This document shows, one piece after another, positions 61,073 to 64,000 of a DNA stretch of 64,000 nucleotides; position 1 is the first letter of the stretch, and the number at the start of each line of letters is the position of its first letter. The notes under the pieces were generated by a model. That model was not told the DNA's origin. It made no database searches and worked only from the letters and a program-made list of their open reading frames with translations. The stretch spans positions 576,001 through 640,000 of the forward strand of contig CBDEFM010000001.1 of NCBI GenBank assembly GCA_965237415.1, given 5' to 3'. Position numbers and translations under genes: made by a program. The stretch comes from Alphaproteobacteria bacterium (GTDB lineage: Bacteria; Pseudomonadota; Alphaproteobacteria; UBA828).

Positions 61073-61355
61073 TGTCCGACACCCTTGCTAACTGACTTCG
61101 GTTTGCCTCCCACTTACGGGGCGGCTCCCAGCCCATCGGCGGAGTTCTTCCAAGACTGCCAGATTCCCGACATTCCTTTCGCAGCTACCGATCGTCTCGG
61201 GGGGACTGCTTGCTCCCGTGCCCCCCGCATGGTGAAGCGCCCGAACGATATTGCGTCACGCTTACCTGGCACTTTCGAAGCATACTTCTGTCCGGTCATG
61301 CCGAAAGCTACCTTTTGCGCAGTCGAGCAACGCTCCGGACTCGTTCGGGCCGTCC

Positions 61356-61949
61356 TCAGCGCAATAAACCAATTTCGTGCCGGGCCAGAACATCCGGCAA
61401 ATCTGGATGTTCCTCCAGCCTTCCCGCCTCCAGGCAATCGAGCTTTTCGACACCGCGGTCGAACACGGCATAGGCATCCCCACCGGTCAGGCGGGAAACA
61501 AAATGCAGCCCGTCGATATCTCCATGTTCACCGTGGATCGCCTTCGCAAATGCACGCCCTGCCGCGTGATTCCTCGCACCGATCACATCGGTCGGCGCGC
61601 CGATCCGAGTGCATCCGTCGCCGCGAAGATCAATCAGGTTCAGAACCTCTCCCTTTCGCCCACAGATGCGCGCCCAGGCCCGTGACGTGATTTCCTTCAG
61701 TGCAATTTCCCGCGACCGACTCCGCGTGAACCTGTCCCTCACCACCGTTTCGATGAACGCGGTGGCGAAATCGGAAGCGGCGTAGAGGACGGTGTAGCCC
61801 GCGTTCCTGGAGCAGAATCGGGAATCCGCGGGACTCGTTCCAAGCGGCGACGCTCGATAGTGCCCCGGCATGATCCGGTAGCTCTCGTGAAACCTCGCCT
61901 TCAGCAGTACGGATTCAATTCGGTCCCGAGGATATTCGGCGCCGCTCAC
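61356..61949 (-). CDS. RES-domain toxin (NAD+ phosphorylase family)
   Basis: SRF, VLYAASDFATAFIETVVRDRF, IDLRG, DGLHFVSRLTG (R, E, S residues); GTGA overlap with the upstream gene. Confidence 0.85.
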   Translation of the reverse strand: MSGAEYPRDRIESVLLKARFHESYRIMPGHYRASPLGTSPADSRFCSRNAGYTVLYAASDFATAFIETVVRDRFTRSRSREIALKEITSRAWARICGRKGEVLNLIDLRGDGCTRIGAPTDVIGARNHAAGRAFAKAIHGEHGDIDGLHFVSRLTGGDAYAVFDRGVEKLDCLEAGRLEEHPDLPDVLARHEIGLLR

Positions 61950-62512
61950 GTGAAGGCAGCGCCAAATCCGGGCGCTGCATCCAGCACTTCGCCGACGCGG
62001 TCGGCCTTCAGCAATTCGAGAGGGATCGCCACTGCGTCTTCGAACGGCCATTCCTGGGTGAGGAACGCCCAGGCAAGTTCGGGGTCGCCGATAACGTCGA
62101 CGACTTCCGCGAGACCTGGAACCACCCGGCCGGGACCGAGAATCTGGGCCGCGGGAATGCTCAGACCGCGCTTGGTCCCCCTCCAGGCAAGCAGCGTCTT
62201 TCTGTCTACCCAGTCATAGATTGTGGTACGCGACACTTCGAGCCGCGCCGCGGCTTCCGAGACTCCGAGAATGTCTTCACTATCGCTGCGACGAACAATG
62301 AACGGGCGCAATTTTTTTTGCGGCACCTCTGCGGTGGAGCCACTGTCTTCTGTCTCGCATTGCGCGGCCGCCGCTTCCAGTGCGACGGTCACTGCCAGAC
62401 GGGCTTCCCGGGGACGATGGCGGACGAATTCCCAGGCGCTGCGCGACAAGGACGGAAATCCCTCCGCGAGAAATCCCATCGCTTCCCGCGCCGATCCACT
62501 CGGCTTGGCCAT
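61946..62512 (-). CDS. HTH-containing putative antitoxin of the RES toxin
   Basis: LGVSEAAARLEVSRTTIYDW HTH, AWAFL...P.ELL; coupled to the RES gene. Confidence 0.78.
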   Translation of the reverse strand: MAKPSGSAREAMGFLAEGFPSLSRSAWEFVRHRPREARLAVTVALEAAAAQCETEDSGSTAEVPQKKLRPFIVRRSDSEDILGVSEAAARLEVSRTTIYDWVDRKTLLAWRGTKRGLSIPAAQILGPGRVVPGLAEVVDVIGDPELAWAFLTQEWPFEDAVAIPLELLKADRVGEVLDAAPGFGAAFT

Positions 62513-62674
62513 ACCATCCCCCTTCCGCTTCATTGGCAGGGACAATAATCGCGCTCGATGTCCAGTTTGTAAAGTATGTCCGCCTTGTGCGATGGCAAGA
62601 ACTCTCGCGGAAATTGCGGGAATGCCGTCTTCGCCTCCCGCACAATGGGCATCCCCGCACTTTGCGGATGGCTG

Positions 62675-64000
62675 TTAGAGCCCGAATTCCCGATCGACAC
62701 TCTTTGGCGCCCGGACCTTTTCAGCATCCGGCCCACGCGTCCGCTCCACCGTTTCCCTCGCTTCCCCGATAGCCCGTCCGGTCTCCGGCGCCGCCTCACG
62801 CCCCTTCGCCCGCTCCGGCTCGACCGCTTCTAGCGCCGCGATCCGCTCGCCTGTCGCCGCCTCGAGCTGTTCCCTGAGCGCCGCCTTGTCGTCGGTCACG
62901 AGCTCGGCCTTGTCCCGCGCCCGGCTGATTTCGACGTAGAGCGTCTTCTGCGTGGTGAGATTGGGATGGTTCGCCTCCATCGCGGCGATCACGGTGTCCA
63001 CCGTGCGCCCCTGGAACGCATGCACGGTCGAGGCCCAGGCGCGGTCGACATGGCGGAGTTGCGCATCGCCCGCGTGCAGGTCCAGCATGCGCCCGTCCCC
63101 GAGGCGGAACGTCACGCGGCCGTCGCGCACCGCGGCGACCTCTGCGGCCTGGCTGTTCACGAGGCCCAGCCCGGTATCGTTGCGCGTCCAGCGGATGCAG
63201 TCGCCGGCGCGCAGTTCCATCGCCTCGCTCCTGTAGACCTCGACCCCGCCGCTGCGCGCGCCGATCTGCCCCGGTTTCCACGGCACGGATTGCCCGTCCC
63301 GGCCTTCGAGCATGACCGCGCGGGCCTCGCGATCGACGCCCGCGACGCGCAGCTCGTCGCCCTTCTCGACCCCGAGGCGCTTGTAGGGGCGGTGAAACGC
63401 GACCACGTCGCCGGCAGCGTAGTTGGCCGGGAGCGACTTCTCAGCGTTGGTATAGCCCTTCGAGACCAGCCGCTCGCCCTGCATGGCGGGACCGTGGACA
63501 GTGCCGTCGCGCACCAGGCGCTCGCGCACGATCTCGTTGATGCCCTCGCGCAGCGCATGGCTCGGCGCCATGAGCCCGGCGTTGGCCCGTTCTTCCGGCG
63601 GCAGGGCCAGCCAGCGCGCGGCGGCGGCGCCCGCGAGATTGTCGGGTTTCACTTCGGCGATGTTCGATCCGAGCTTCTCGAACGCCTTGCGGACATCCCC
63701 CGCGAGGCTCGCCTCGACCGCGGCCTTCAGCTCGGGATCACGCTGGCGCATGATCTCGTCCATGGTCGCGGTCTTCATCCCGGCCCGCTGAAGCTGCGCG
63801 AAGGGTTTGCCGGCATCGACCGCTTCGAGCTGCTTCTCGTCGCCGACCAGCACCACGCGGGGGATGCGGAGCGCATCGGCGATCCGGAGCAGGTCGCGGG
63901 CCTGGACCGTGGAGGCGAGCGAGCCCTCGTCGACCACGAGCGCGGTCTTCGCGAACGCCGCCCGCATTTCCTTTTCGCCCTTCTTCGTCATCCGCCCTTC
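62675..64000 (-). CDS. trwC: MOB-F TrwC/TraI relaxase-helicase, C-terminal part (starts beyond the window end)
   Basis: VVDEGSLAS, LVGDEKQLEAVDAGKPF, RQRDPELK, AWASTVHAFQGRT, LYVEISRAR. Confidence 0.9.
   Translation of the reverse strand, partial: EGRMTKKGEKEMRAAFAKTALVVDEGSLASTVQARDLLRIADALRIPRVVLVGDEKQLEAVDAGKPFAQLQRAGMKTATMDEIMRQRDPELKAAVEASLAGDVRKAFEKLGSNIAEVKPDNLAGAAAARWLALPPEERANAGLMAPSHALREGINEIVRERLVRDGTVHGPAMQGERLVSKGYTNAEKSLPANYAAGDVVAFHRPYKRLGVEKGDELRVAGVDREARAVMLEGRDGQSVPWKPGQIGARSGGVEVYRSEAMELRAGDCIRWTRNDTGLGLVNSQAAEVAAVRDGRVTFRLGDGRMLDLHAGDAQLRHVDRAWASTVHAFQGRTVDTVIAAMEANHPNLTTQKTLYVEISRARDKAELVTDDKAALREQLEAATGERIAALEAVEPERAKGREAAPETGRAIGEARETVERTRGPDAEKVRAPKSVDREFGL

Overview
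GC-rich, heavily eroded mobile/accessory mosaic. The gene repertoire resembles marine host-associated (for example sponge-symbiont) Proteobacteria, which is inference only. Both ends carry pieces of MOB-F conjugative elements: four separate trwC-like fragments, a truncated trwB, several ribbon-helix-helix genes, and a leading-region block with ssb, a toprim protein, DUF2493 and a six-zinc-finger protein. The centre is framed by a ~5.25 kb near-identical inverted duplication (7677-~12930 and ~38817-44070) encoding an MDR oxidoreductase, a Rieske oxygenase alpha subunit, a D-cysteine desulfhydrase-family enzyme, a GcvA-like LysR and a stand-alone LysR HTH. Between the two copies lie ~26 kb of secretion cargo: a Cys-rich secreted protein with TolC, a PAS-fused membrane fusion protein and a MacB-type ABC; a 12-repeat PPC-type protein; a metalloprotease lipoprotein; and a type I secretion ATPase/HlyD operon led by a 34-codon collapsed copy of the repeat protein. 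Three of these secretion units share a homologous upstream leader. The right part adds an integrase remnant, a stand-alone HEPN/DUF86-like protein, a secreted serine protease, a PLD-nuclease protein and a RES toxin-antitoxin pair. IS remnants are numerous (IS21, IS3, IS4, IS1595, and an ISNCY::IS1380 chimera); only one IS1595 looks intact. No rRNA, tRNA or CRISPR array was seen. All family calls come from motif recognition, not database searches.
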